Below, piece after piece: positions 36,237 through 49,880 of a stretch of 64,000 nucleotides of DNA (position 1 is the stretch's first letter; the number at the start of each line of letters is the position of its first letter). The position numbers and the translations under genes were made by a program. The stretch comes from Oikopleura dioica. Lineage: Eukaryota > Animalia > Chordata. The notes beneath the pieces were generated by a model that was not told the DNA's origin, ran no database searches, and saw only the letters and a list, made by a program, of their open reading frames with translations. The stretch lies in the NCBI GenBank assembly GCA_907165135.1, contig OU015569.1, forward strand, positions 4,712,001 to 4,776,000. Direction: 5' to 3'.

Positions 36237-37986
36237 TCTGAAAATTGAATATTTCTCGCAAAATTGAATTAATGAAATTTTTACAAGACTTCTCGAAGCC
36301 ATTTACGACTAGAACCAATTAAATATTTCGCAAATGTGACTAAGTAGTCATTTAGTCCGTTTTATAGTCATTTAGCGATCCTTTCTCATAAGTTATGGCG
36401 TTATCAGCACCCTTCTTCTGCTCGAATCCTTCTGAAGTTCGTTTCTTCAATTTTTCAAACTGACTTTGCCAGCCCTGCGCTTCTTGAATTTTCAAATTGA
36501 TTGTGTAATTGTCTGTCTCGTCGTTCATCTCTTTGTATCTCTTAATTTTTTTCTTGTTATTGATTACACAATAAAATCAAATGATTAAATCTGCCTTTTC
36601 TATACTTTGCATAATTATCCCTGATAAGTTTATCCGTAGAACTATTAACATGTTTATCTGTTTAGGTTTAACTTGACATTTTCAAACAGAACCGCATTTT
36701 CTCAAGAATAGACATGACATTCATTGATTTAACTGTTGCTGTTACGGAAACGTTACGAGCTACAGAAAATAAACAAACTCATATTTTAAACAATATCGGA
36801 AACAAAGTCTCTTATTTTGGGACGCCCTTGACGTTGGAGAGAAAATGCTCCTGTTTTCGCAAAATATAAAAATCCAGATTCTTATTTCGTCAAAAAGTCA
36901 GTAATGATTAACTCACTTTGAATTCTTTGCTCGCCCAGTCAACATAGTATTGTCTCTCTTTCACGTCCGGGATACGGTAAATACTCCGCTTTGCGAGGAT
37001 TTTCTACCACAATCACAACACATTTAATGGCCGCGTATTTAGCTGGTGACGCGCTACGTAGGAAATCATAAAACAATACTTTCGCTTCTTGCGCCTCGCA
37101 GCGTCCAACTTCTCTTTCAAAATAAAAAAAAAAGGGCTGACCCGTTACGACCAGCCTTGCTCCGGGTAATTCATTATCGCATCCGTAAATAATAGATACC
37201 GCGAAAGTTCGACGATCAGCGAAAAAAAATCCCTGCCAAAAGGCCCTGGTAAAGCTGGAGAATGCGGTTCCGATGCATCCATTGTTTCAGTGATAGTTTT
37301 TCTAAGCCGATCCGACGTGCCATCTAGCAAAACAACTTTTAAAACAAAAATCACCGGCAAAGTTGACTGGCGAGCGCAGTTAATAAGTTCAGATCATTTA
37401 GTTCTTGCGATAAAGGAGTAAAATAGAAGTAAAATCTATTTAAGATCACTCACGTGAAATTGTCGTCCGTAACATTGAATGCTTAGTCTCTGAGTTCAGT
37501 TTTCTCTTATTTTTTGAATTTGATTTTGGCGCTGATTCAATTAACGGCATTGAACGGTGCTGCAAAAATGCCGCTCTTGGCTGGTGTAAACACTTTATCA
37601 GAAAAAGGGATGCCTTGGTAGTACTAGATTCTGATCTGGCTAAAAACATTAGCCCCACCGTTGCCAAAAGGCAGATCCAAAAGTGATATCAATTTCAACT
37701 TGTCAAAAATTCATCACCAAAGAACTGCCAACTACATGGATAAAATTTCTGATGAATGACGCCATCGGATAATCATTCGCCGGATTCGGTTTCAATCAAA
37801 AAACGGTTTTACCGATTCGTAAGAAAGGAGGAGTGGTAGAATTTAAGAAATTCTTGTTTGCGAAGAAAGAATAAGGAAAGTTTTACAAGTAATAAAATTA
37901 ACGCAGGCAATTTGTGCAGAAAATTGTCTCTAAGCAAAACGGCGCTGCTCGTGTCACGATCACATGATCAGGCTGGCTCAAATCGT

Positions 37987-38256
37987 TCATTCCTCGAGTT
38001 GACTGTCCAAGTACGCTTTGAGGGCGGCGAGGTCTTCCACGTTGGAGCGGCGGGCGTATCCGAATGGGGAGCGCGCCACAAACCTGCAAATGTTCTTATC
38101 GCCTTAAACTCGTATTTTCATGACTTACTGTTCTTCCGGGGCGTAGGTCCTTTTAGGCACTTGGAAGCCGAGCTCGGACATCAGCGCTTTTAGCTTCTCA
38201 ACGTCGGACTGAGCCTGGGCCTGGAGGACGAGTGCGAAAAAACCGAAAATTTTCAT
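37987..38256 (-). CDS. 74-aa neuropeptide/peptide-hormone-type precursor, 2 exons
   Basis: Exons 38256-38129 and 38083-37987 (45-nt GT-AG intron): MKIFGFFALVLQAQAQSDVEKLKALMSELGFQVP-KR-TYAPEEQFVARSPFGYA-RR-SNVEDLAALKAYLDSQLEE*. Confidence 0.7.
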
Positions 38257-38323
38257 TTTTGAAATTTTTCGTTTTCGATTTCTCAATTCTTGCTATTTTC
38301 TGATTTTTGCACCTAGATGTCTT

Positions 38324-38335
38324 TATATATATATC
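38324..38335 (-). promoter_or_regulatory. TATA-like box of the peptide precursor gene
   Basis: TATATATATAAA on the minus strand about 70 nt upstream of ATG 38256. Confidence 0.45.
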
Positions 38336-39409
38336 GCCAATAGCCTCCGGTAGTAAATTGCTTTTCAATATTAATCAAATTAATATTAAGAACTGGGCTC
38401 TTATCCTCCCCGAAATATGGCTATTTGTGGGCTCACAAGAGGGTCTGCTCTACATATTTTAAGCCCGACTAAGAATGCGTTTTCGCCTTTCCAAACAAAT
38501 ACCTTGGCTTTGCTTTTTAGTTAACTTTATTTCAGTTGGTTTACATTGAAATGTAAAATTGGCTGTATAACGAAAACACAGTAAAATTAGAATAGTAAAG
38601 TAAGAAGTCGGATCAAAGAAGTACAGATACAGTAGTTGATGGTATGATTCATGTTGGTAGAAGTTACTTTGAGAATAATGAACTTTGATAAAGCAGTATA
38701 CACATAGAAACAGGAACATAGAGTTAAAGGCTTGAAATTTTATAAGGAAAGATCAGTAGGTGTAGTTTTCTTCAGGGGGAATTGAGGTTCACAAAGATAA
38801 GATAGGCCCAGCATGCGAAGAGTAAGTTTTAAGTAAGTAAAAAGAGTAACACTTCCTTTCTAACCAGAAGAAACTATATCCGGAGTTGAAATTGATAGAT
38901 TTGATTAGTAGTTTTTTTTTCGACAAAGAAATTCAAGAGGTTAAGTAATAACTTATAAATAGGCTTAAACCTCAGCTTTTGTCGCCCTTCCAAATGCAAT
39001 ATTTTTAAAAGTGGAATGCCTTTTCAAATTGGAAAGATGCAACAAAAGAATAATGAATATGTGTTTTCACTACGTTCGCTCTCATTTATTATTTGAGACC
39101 AATAAACAGTAGTTTCTTTTTTATTCGTGTGTTTGAGAGTCAGTAAATAACAGTATCACTCTGGGCGTCGGGAGGGTGGAGGGATGAAGCTCAGGCACTG
39201 CCACTTATGGCAGGTAGATATTATGCTGTTCATTTGGGTTTTCGTATTTACAGAGATAAAATGAACATAGGTCGAATGTTATCGTATATACAGTATATTA
39301 CTTTGAGGAGGCAGAAAAGCGCTTGCACCTAGAACGCTTTTCCAAGTAGAAATATTATGGCCATACAGAAATAGTTTAAGGGGTTTTCTTGAAGTAAAAG
39401 TAAGTTCGA

Positions 39410-42400
39410 CTAGATTGGCGTAGAATCGTCCAGGCTCTGCGAGATGCTTTTAGCACCATTGTAGATGAACTCGTACTGAGCAGAGAATGTTAAATAATTC
39501 AACAGCATCATTAGGTTTACCTGTGATTCTGTCTGGACGGAACGTTGCCTTTGGTTTCTCAGCGACTTGACGATTTGAAGGACATCAACAGCTTGCTCCG
39601 ATTTCATTTGATCAATGGCAATGTAAAGGCCTAAAACATTCACTCACGCAGTGGCAAAATACCAACGCTGCATACCTATAAATGCGCCAGTTGCTCCTGC
39701 GCCAGTACTACAGTGTACTGTTATTGGACTCGTATCATCTGAAATAAGGGCTGTCTTTTCATAAGCTAAATATACTCTGGTACCGTTTTGTCTTCGCTGC
39801 GAGTCGATAGAGTTTATCAGGTAGACAATCTCGTCAATGTTTTCAGGCACCTGATCACTCGTCCAGCCACTGATATGATACTGTGAAATCTCAAGCACGT
39901 CCTAAGAGATAAAAAATAACCAAAGTTCATCCAGATAAGCCTTACCTCATGTTCGTTCTTATCAGCGTAGGAAAACAGTTGGAACATGCGTTTTGAGATT
40001 CGCCCTTCAGAGCCTTCCCAAGCTGCGCCGTCCATTGTCTTGATGACGGCTATTTCAGTTTCCATTTCACTCTTGGCGAGGACCATTCGTCCCTCGTCGA
40101 TACTCCACTCGTGCCATTCACGCTCCTGATCCGGCCAGAAGACGGGCAAACCTGCAGAGTCGAAGTCGTTGAGCGTGATGAGCGTCACCGAGCGTTGCTC
40201 GAACATCATTCGCCAAAGATCCTCGACAGTGTCTACCAACGGCGCTTGCGTTGCAATGAAGGTTTTTGGATGGAAGTATCCGTCTGAAATAAACATTTGG
40301 TGGGGCCTACTTTGGGTAAGTTTTGATTAATAGCTAATCATAGAGAGTGGCACCTCCTCAAGCCTAAGAACCCGCATCCATCAAAAAGCAGGATGCTTTC
40401 TTATTCATCATGCCTGCGTTCCAACTTTGTTGGCTTCAGTAATTCATGATTTTATGCATATCGTATTTTGAATATATTTTACCAATAAATGATGCGTTGA
40501 TGTAGTCAGCATCGTCAGTCTTCGTGGTCAGTGGAACTCGGTTATGGTCGAATGGGAGAATCGTACCGATGCGGTTTTTAGCCAAATTCAAGGGTTTGTT
40601 TCCAGAAATAATTCGATCTTGGCGGGTTTTCAAACTGTTCAACTTGTCGAACTATGGGAATTCCGCTAGATAAGGAAAAAAGCGCTTTTCTTTACCTCGT
40701 GTTGAATTCCAGTAGTTCCTCCGGGCATCTGTCGTTTGTTGTTCTCCACCCATTCATGAAGTTCGCTTATTTCAATTTCTGTGTCCCCAACTGCCTTCTT
40801 TTCGACCAGAACGGCGTAGATGAATGAGTACTGCTCCATTGTCTGGACCATTTTCATACGCTGCTGGCGCATTTTCAACACAAATCGAGGTAAATCCATT
40901 TGTCCGGCTTCATCCAGTTGTCGCGTCATTCTGTCTATTGAAATAAAGGTGCCAGCTCGGCCACAGCCCGCGGAGCAATGGACAATAAGTGGTGCGTGAA
41001 CGTCGCAGCCATACGGAACATTGTCTCTTTGGTAGATTCGCATTTTTCGCAGGAATTTAATGAGGCTCATTTCGGAGGTGGTCGAGAAGTCTTTCCAAGA
41101 TGTAAAATGGAACTGGTAAACAGTCCGCGATTGCTTTCCAGGCGAGTTATTGTCTGTGAGAACCAACTGACGAATGACAAAATCCATCAGATAGATCTCA
41201 CGTTCCAAAAAGACATCATAATCATCGGTAGATAGAGTATCGCCGATTTGCTCAGGCCAGTAGCGCTCAGATTTCACTTGAATTGCTCCTGTCGGTCCAG
41301 CTTCTTCAAGATTGCTCAACATCATAATAATGTAACTCTTTTCTTCCCAAATCATTCGCCAGAAGTCGTCGAGTGTGTTTGCCATTGGTGCTGAGGCTGC
41401 AATGTACTCTCTAGCGTACTTGCCATCAATATAAGAAGCATTGATGTAGTCAGAAAAGGGATCGCCAGGTTTTTCTTTCAATCGAACACGATAGTCGTCA
41501 TAAGGAATCACATTGTTGTAGCGGTTCTTTGGCTTATTAGAGTCTTGCATTGCACTCGAGCATTTTTCGTTGTGATTAGGAAGATCGTTGATGCTCTCAA
41601 ACTCCTCCCGCATAAGTTTACTATCGTCAGCAAGTCGCTTTTGATACTCATGCTCTAGCTTTTCGAAGGTAACAGTTGAGTCGGTGAAGAGTGATTCGGT
41701 CATTCGAGAATCTCGGTGAGTGCTTACAGGCCGTCGATTTGTATCAAGAAGATTTTGCAACTCATCGCCACCAGAAAGGCCACTTGAATAGCCAGGATAA
41801 TCCTTGGAAGATTTCTCTCCATCAGATGACTTTTGCCTTTTGTAGAAGAGAAAGCCACCAACCAAGAACCCAACAAGAAGAATAGGGACAATAATTGCAG
41901 CGATGTTCGCCTTGCCAGGTTCATCGTCCTCACCTTCAGGAGGTCCTAGAATCGGGTCGTTCTTTGGAACGACTGGTGTAATTGCCTCTCGCTTTTGAAT
42001 GATTGATGAAAAGTCACTCCAGACTGCACCCACTTCGCTGTCGACTTGACAAATGGTTTGATTTTGGCTGAGCGAATAGTCCTCTGCAAAGTTCTCCTTC
42101 AATTTGAAGGAGCATGTGGAATGAAGTGAATATTTGATTCCTTTCTCATGCGAGCAGCTAATTTCAATTCGCAGTTCCTCATCTAAGTGCACCTCCGTCA
42201 AGTCGGTGCAGCGAGGAATGCACGCTATGTCGTCGGGGACCCAGTTGTCGGTCTTCTCGGTGTCCCAAGAGCTCTTTGAACATCGCGTCTGCAAGTCTTC
42301 AATTTCGAGTAGTTCATACACGTCATTGTTTGGTCGTCGTCGATAGAGCTGTACGTTCTGAAGCTGGGTTTGACAGACAGTGCGACAAAAATTTATCTGA

Positions 42401-45400
42401 TTCTGGAGAATCAATGAGCAACTCCATATGTCAGGATTGGGTGGTCTACATTGGGGGAACTCGTTGCAGATAGCTGTGAGCTCTGCGTCCCAGGAACCGT
42501 CGGACAAGCAGTTGACTGTTTCAACGAGATTCTTCTTATCACCTTTCCAAATTTGGTAGCCATCATCACAACTCAAGGAGGCGGTTGAACCAACTTCAGC
42601 CTGGAGTCCAGAGCTTATTTTGATAACTCCATTGTCAGGCGCTTCAATTAGTGGACAGGTGATCTTTCGGCATGAAGGAAGTGCGTCTATCGTGGCGGTG
42701 AAAACGCCATCAACGCCGCAGATAATTTCCCTGTCGCCGAGAAGCTCGTAGTTCTCGTTACATGACGCGGTACATCTACTTCCGTAAACATCGCCCTCGC
42801 AGTCAAAGACACCATTTTCAAGCGTTGGATTTTCGCAAGTTATTTGCTTGCATTTGCCAGGAACACCAGACCATTTCATATCATTATTTCGAATTTCGCA
42901 AGTGATAACGTTTTCGTTTTCGAGTGTAAAACCCTCTTCGCAGACAGTCCTACAACTTGACTCAAAGTAAAATTCGTTGGAGCATTCCAAATGGCCGCCG
43001 TTGATTTTTCCATCATCAGGAAAGGCAGTGCAAGTTCTTGGAGTACATTCAGGATTTTTATTAACGACATTATCGGAATCAACCCAGTCAAGGCGGCCCT
43101 CTTGCACTTTGCAGCTCAACAAAAGGCTGTTGAGAGATTCCTTTAGTGAGAGAATAATGTGGTAGCCAGAGTTGCATACGAGAGTGCAAACTGAGTTTAG
43201 CCGGTTATCCTCAGTGCAAATTATGTTTCCATGCTGGATTGTCGATAGTTGTTGACATTCCCGTGGAATACAAGTTGCGGGGCTAGAGTCAAACGGCTCG
43301 TTTTTCCACTCGCCAGAAGATCGACAACGTATCTTTTGAACTGAGTTTTCTGCCAGGACGTATCCTTCATCACATACATAGTCGCATTCAAGGCGACCTC
43401 TTGTAGTACACTTGAGCTGTCCATTCTTCGGATTTTCTCTGCGATTGCACTTCGCTTGTCTACAGGTCGGAATGTCAGAATCCCAGCCCTCTTCACCACA
43501 GGTTGATATTTTATTGCCAAGTAGAGTGAAGCCATCGTCGCAGAAGGACTCGCAAGTAGATCCATAGGTACTTCCAGCGCATTTGTAATGACCGTCCGGA
43601 ATTGGACAGACTTCGCCTTCAGGACATCGAGGATTGCAGTATATTTCCATGCAAGTGGGGACTTCTAACTGAGCTGAGTTATCAACATTTACACATCGCA
43701 CTTCAGTAGTTGCTGATTTTTGACCTTCTGGGCAATGAAAAGAACATGCTTCGCCAACTTTTAGATTTGATGGACAGTTTTTATCGGTGATCTCATCTTT
43801 CAAATGGCTTACATCGCATGACAATTGGATGCATTTAGTCTCTGCGGACCAGTTTCCATCTGCCTCGCAAGTAACCAGATCTGGTCCTTGCATAATCGCG
43901 TCTTGATTGCACTTTAGCCGGCACTCAGAGTTGAAGACGTGCCCACCACAGAGATTAATGCCATTGGGGAACGGAAGTTGATCGATGGCCTCGCACTCAA
44001 CTTTCACGCAAGTTGGAACGGGATGGTCCCATTTTTCATTGATGCAAGTCAGCTCTTCGGCTCCATCTAGCCGAAATCCTTCGTTGCAAGAAAAAGAACA
44101 GACTGAGCCTTCAGCGCTAGAACATGCGTTTTTAACGCCATTTATTGGATTCGCCAAAGGTGGGCACTCTTTAGGGATGCAGTCCGTAAATCTATTCGAC
44201 CAGGCGAGATCTTGCTGGCATCGCGCCGAGATCAGTCCATCTTCTTCTGGTTTATAACCTTCATCACACTTGACTGTGCATGTGGAGTCAAAATAGCGCT
44301 GCGTCGTGCACTGAAGTCTTCCCCTGTTTATTTCTATGCTTTCTTTGCACTCTAAACGGCGACACTGCGGTGTCGGCTCCGACCAAGAAACCTTAGAATG
44401 GTCCTCTGATAGTTTGCAGACGATTCTTGAAGCACCAATCAATTCGAAGCCCTTCGGACATTCAAAATCAATCGATGTGCTTGGGTACAGTCGGTCCTCT
44501 TCGGATGAGTCTTCTGCAGAAGCCTTGATTTCCAGTGGAGGCATGATGACGATCTCTTCGCAAACCAATACCTTGCATTTGAGCAATCTATCTTCTGGAA
44601 GAGACCACATTGCTCTTCGAGGAGAGGAAGGCGCAACGATGCATTTGACTTCCGATTCATAGCCTTTTTGAGGAGTGGCGTTCTCATCCAAGCAATTTAT
44701 CTCACATACGTCGCCTACAAGATGTTGTGCGCCATCTTCGCCACTACATTGCTGGTGAACTGTCGGATCCAAGTCGAGTGCGTCGCAGAAGAGAGGCCTG
44801 CAGATCAAATTGTCAGTGGACTGATCCCATGTCCCACCGATGTTACATTTCACTTTGTAGAGATCGATAAAAGAGTTTGGTCCCGAGTCTAGGTAGTATC
44901 CTGCTTTGCATGAAATAGTGCAGCTAGACTTAGCGCCTTTTCCGTCGCAATTGATGTTGCCGTTTTCGGGAGGGAGAATAGCCGGGCAATCCATCGGAAC
45001 GCACTCGAACTCGTCCAACGCCTCGCCAGACCATCCAGAAGCTGTGCAAATCTGAAGCGAGTCTTTTTGCGAGGAAGATTTGTAGCCGGGATCGCATTGA
45101 AGCAAACACTCAGACGAGTACAGATTGTAGGATGTACAGTCCCATTGCCCGAATTCAACAGTGGGTAGTGCTTCGCAAGTTTGGAACTGGAAGTTTGTCA
45201 AGTTGAGCGCGTTAGGACTTTCTGCGCCGACGCTGAAGTCGACTGCTCCGGGTACCGGGATGACTGTATACTGAGAGGAAGCTTTGGGTGACTTGTGAAG
45301 ACGGATTTCGCTATTGCGACTTCTATAGTGGAGATAAAGTTCGGTTCCTTCCACTGCTTCTGAGCTTTTCAGCTGAACGAGAGTAGACTTGACCTTCAAG

Positions 45401-46282
45401 ATTGGACTCCACTGTTGGCCCGCTCCATCGCCGTTGCACTCGTCAAGAATGAGCGCCTGCCCTACTTGATTTGTGAGTCCGCCCTGAGTCGTCAGACAAT
45501 ACGAATTGCTCTCGCCTACAGTTTTCAGGACACTATTTTCGCCCCACTCCCAGTAAGATGTGGCCGGGTCACAGTCTTCCAAGTGGATCTTTTGGCGCGG
45601 CGAGTTCTTTTTGTACGAAACGCATTTTCCATTCTGCTGTAGCATGAACTGCGGCCCGACAGTTTTCGGCGTGCACTTGCAACAGGCCACACGGATTGCA
45701 TAGTCAGAGCAAATAAAGTCGCAGAAAAGACCCTCAGAAACAGAGCAGTATACTTCGCTTCCGTAAGTCGCTTCTGTGTTGGTGTATATGTCCCAGCACT
45801 GGACGCCTTTGGGCTTCTCGCAGATATCATAACCTCGACGTCTGAGTGACTCGAACTTTTCGTCGTCAGCTGAAGAATTAAAAGTAAGCTAAACTTGAGA
45901 GTGGAAAATTGAAACCGACATTGAAATGAATTGTTATCTTTAAAATGCAATTACAAGATGACAAATAGAGAGAGACACGTAAGGCTTACTTTGGCCATTA
46001 CTTTGACTACCAGCAACTAAATCTTTAAAATCGATTGTTAAAAGAAAGTCACAAGCCAGGATTTAGTAAGGTTCCAAAAAGCGACTTACTGTCATCGTCG
46101 TTCTTTTTTGGAGAGTCGGAGCTGATCCATTGAGTCCATTCGCAAGTACAGCGGTCGTTGGGTGGCTCGATTAAAGGAGCGGCACCAGCTTCCCTGTTGA
46201 TCTTGGCCACGTCAAACTCAATGGACTGAGCATGGATAGTTGTCCCGCTAAAGAAGGCGGAGAGAAGCGCTGTTAACCTCAT
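39410..46282 (-). CDS. Receptor-type protein tyrosine phosphatase: signal peptide, mucin WxxW domain, ricin-B lectin, about 14-16 CCP/sushi modules, TM, tandem PTP D1/D2
   Basis: CEWTQWISSDSP..VACC (WxxW); ricin-like YWEWG..QQWSP; repeated 6-Cys CCPs; TM IAAIIVPILLVGFLVGGFLFY; D1 KNRY, DYINAS, HCSAGCGR and QTMEQY; D2 HCSTGAGA. Central exon 45869-40696. Confidence 0.9.
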
Positions 46283-46556
46283 AATTTAATTTGGCGCTGT
46301 TGTTTTTTTCCGATTCCGAATAATTTCATCTAAATTGAAAAATTTGTTCTTGGGCTTTTTCAGATGAACCATTTTGATGGTAATGGATTGAAGAGACTGG
46401 TGGAGCGGCTAGCTCGACAGAATATATATATATATAAATTACAGAACTGTTCGAGCAATACTGTCAGTAATTTTCTAAAGGCAGTCATAAGTTTCCAGCA
46501 ACATCACAAAACGTATCGTAGAAGAGAAACATTTGAAACGGCTACAAATATCAAAG

Positions 46557-48720
46557 TTAGCTTTTGATCAGATAGACAGAATTTAAGTGACGTCGATAAA
46601 AACTCACCTTTCTACAGAAAAATGCAAAGCCGGAATCTGATTCTAAAAAATCGAGAAATGCTTTATGAATTTCAGGATTTCGATGCTCGAGCGCAGCGTC
46701 CGGAAAATCTGATTTTAGATTTGATACTGCCAGTCCGAATATTGAAAAGATGCTGAAGCCAGAGTCGGCGAAGTACTCTTGGTGCAACTTCCCCCAGCAC
46801 AGTCCCGGTCGTTTGTTCTGAAAGGATAGTTTTGAACTTTTTTGAGAATATATCCATGTTTCTCTCTTTCTCTTTTTAAAGGACAACGTCATTAAAAAGC
46901 TGTTTTCTTTTAACTGGGCGTGCGAGCTAAACACAAAAGGATCTATTGATAGCCATCGAGTTCCTTTCTCTAAGGACCTGTCTCCGGAAATCGAGCGCTC
47001 CATTTTTTTGCAATGAGTCGCAAGGGGATCAGGTTTTTCGTTTTTTTTCGGGGATTTTTTAGGACCCGAGGCGGAAATCACCCGCCGCCGTTTTATTGCT
47101 TGAGCGATAATGCGCAATATTTAGGACTCGGGCTTTGGCACAGGCAGAAGTTCGCGGAGAAATAGAATAAATCAACAACGCAGGGGTCAAAGTGTGCGGC
47201 GGGGGTTTTATTGCAGACAAAGCGGAATTTTAGCTGCGTATGCGTTTTTTCCTTTTTGGAAAAGAAAGAAATAAGCTAATATTGAAAAATTCCTCCCTCT
47301 TCACATATTCTAATTCACAAAAATTCATGTCCTCTCACTGTTATTGTGAAAATTTGCCCAAAAGAACTTAATTGGACTGGGATCAAAAACGACCGTCGAT
47401 CGAGGATAATCCTTTTTATTTATATTGCACTTACGAATGAATTCTAACCATCTTTGAGGAGTTTAAATCTCTATGCTTCAATTAGCGAAATTAATAAAAA
47501 TTGGAGGGGATCGCTCTCGGAGTATTTCGCTGGATCGCACGCTTGGGAGGATGTAAAAGGACATAAGGTGCCATAGACTCGTAAAAAGTATATTAATCGA
47601 GGCTGATCAAATCGCCGAAATCGAAAGTCTGCCACTCAAAATCTTACGATTAGTGTTAATTCTCGCGCTCGCTGAAAGAGCAGAGAATGATTATTCTTAC
47701 ATAGTAAAATTAGTTTTACGCGTCCAGTCTTTTTTGTTCATGATTCAGATGAATTTTAATGCCTCCAAATGGAGCTTCATTATCTTACAATCGGAAATCA
47801 CACGAATGACTACTCCGAAAATATCTTTATTGATTTATTCCTCAGCAATTTCAATGTCTCAACAAAATGACAGTGATGCTCGATAAATCTACTAAAAAGA
47901 GAAGATCTCTTCTGAAGATCTCTTCTATGTCTTCAGAAAATATTATTAAATTTCTAAGCTAATTTCCATGCCCGATCCTATTTTTTGATAAGTTTCACTT
48001 CCGTCTCGTGTGGTCCGTTAATTGCTGCAGTCTTACGATAGTCATAAAAAGCTGACTTACGTTTACAACTGGATTCTGGACGTTGTAGTACGCGACTGTT
48101 TCTGGCCGCGCCAGGACGATCGCTCTTGTTTTCTTCTCCTTGTTGAATGCTTTCCCAATAAGTAATTCATTGATCCACTGCCAGGTCGGGAGGACCGTTT
48201 CGTACTCTAGTTTTCCTCCTGAGAGTGCTTCTGTAACTGGTCAACAAACGATTCCCTCTTTGTTATTAAAAAATGCATGTAAGATGTGGAAAGCATGATT
48301 AATAAAACGGTATTTCTCTATTTGGCAAATCTGTGCCATGTCTATTGATTATAACCTGAAAATCGATTGCAAAAGTACGCCATGTGTGTAATTTCAAGCA
48401 GAGGTCACAAGCCGCCCGCGAAAGTATAAAAAGATTCAATTTTCCGCAGGTTTCATGCAATTACCACGCACTACCGCTTTCATCTGATTCAGATGAGCCT
48501 TCTTTTTAAATCCAAAATTAAAAGCTCCAAAATTGAAGAGCTTCGATTCAAATCTCTTCGGAACTGATCTGCAAAAAAGTTCATAAGGTTTTGCATGCTG
48601 ACCCTAAAGATATGCATTCTCTTACTTATAAGTGGGAATATTCGTCGACAGGATCAGAAGAAGGAGAGTTTTCAGACGAGTGGATAGGATCCACTCAAGC
48701 GAAAACAAATGACGACGTTG
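46557..48720 (-). CDS. Unresolved orphan gene(s) upstream of the PTP gene
   Basis: 186-aa ORF 46557-47117 and an AG/GT-bounded exon at about 48059-48238 (VTEALSGGKLEYETVLPTWQWINELLIGK..); no domain recognised. Confidence 0.3.
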
Positions 48721-49299
48721 GTGATCTCAAGGGTTAGCGACTTTGCTTAGTGAATGGAAATTTCAAGGGCCGAGCGGTGACTTATCGGCCACGGTGTTAA
48801 ACGGAAAGATCACTCGCCACTTCGATTAAGCGGACATAATTAGGGGAGACAGCTAGGTAAGCAGCCTGTCAACTTTTTGTCAGAAAGGCAAACGTTTCTT
48901 TTTATTAATAATTCAATTTTAACTTGAATGAATTTTTCATCTGGCGGATAATACCTGACACATTCTGGATATGTCCGACAAAATAATCTTTTAGATATAG
49001 AATACTTAATCTAGTATTCTATTGATAATAAAAGAAATCAACCATATTTCAGGAGTAACTCGACCCTACGCTTATAAGAATAGACGCTATTCTAGTTCTT
49101 TCGAGAAGCACTTTCTTCCTGTACCCGACTGGATGATTTGACTGGCGGATTACTTTTTATTGTTTCCGGATCTTGTCATTGTTCCTTGGAGAATATAAAT
49201 TTAACTTTCATTGAAATGATCTCACAACGCCCCGCCGTGATTGAAAAAGTAAGACTCAGACTCTTGACCTTTGAAAGTTTTTTAAAGAGATTAATTAGA

Positions 49300-49858
49300 A
49301 TGAAGATACTGGACACTTTACTCGCAGCAGTTGCGCTTGGAAATACAATTCGAGAGGATGATGGGAGCAGCCCTAACTCGAATACGATCATTATGATAAA
49401 CATGAACGCAGCGAACGTCCAGATGAACATGGGGGACTTCACGGACACGGGAGCGTCTGAAGGGATCTTCACGGATAGCAAGTCTTGGCAATACGTTTCT
49501 CCGAATAATCGAGAGAAGGAAATTGGCCAACGCACTCTATCGCCATTATCTAACACAACTTATCAAAGATCAGAGTCATCCATCATAATTGTGATCATAA
49601 TAAGTGATAATAAAAATTATCACTTGATAGGGGATTTGGAACCGAAAATGAAATGATGAAAAGCCAAAAAAATAGATCGACGATGTCATGGCAATGCCTA
49701 GCGTGCAGGCGGGAGTAGAAGTACTTGGTAAGAACATGCCCGGTTTCAACACCTTCTACGACGCTATGCTTGTCTCTGTGCCGGAAGAAACGACCGAGAA
49801 AAAGGGCTTTTGGCAGCGGACTCGAGAGGACTGTCCCGTCATGTCCCGCATTCTCTGA
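49300..49858 (+). CDS. Small secreted orphan protein
   Basis: Signal peptide MKILDTLLAAVALG; second exon IDDVMAMPSVQAG..EDCPVMSRIL*. Confidence 0.45.
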
Positions 49859-49880
49859 TTCGAAGGAACACACACTTTCT

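Noticed and set aside
40978-45950. Short antisense and off-frame ORFs over the PTP gene
   Set aside because: Shadow ORFs of a long coding exon; no motifs.
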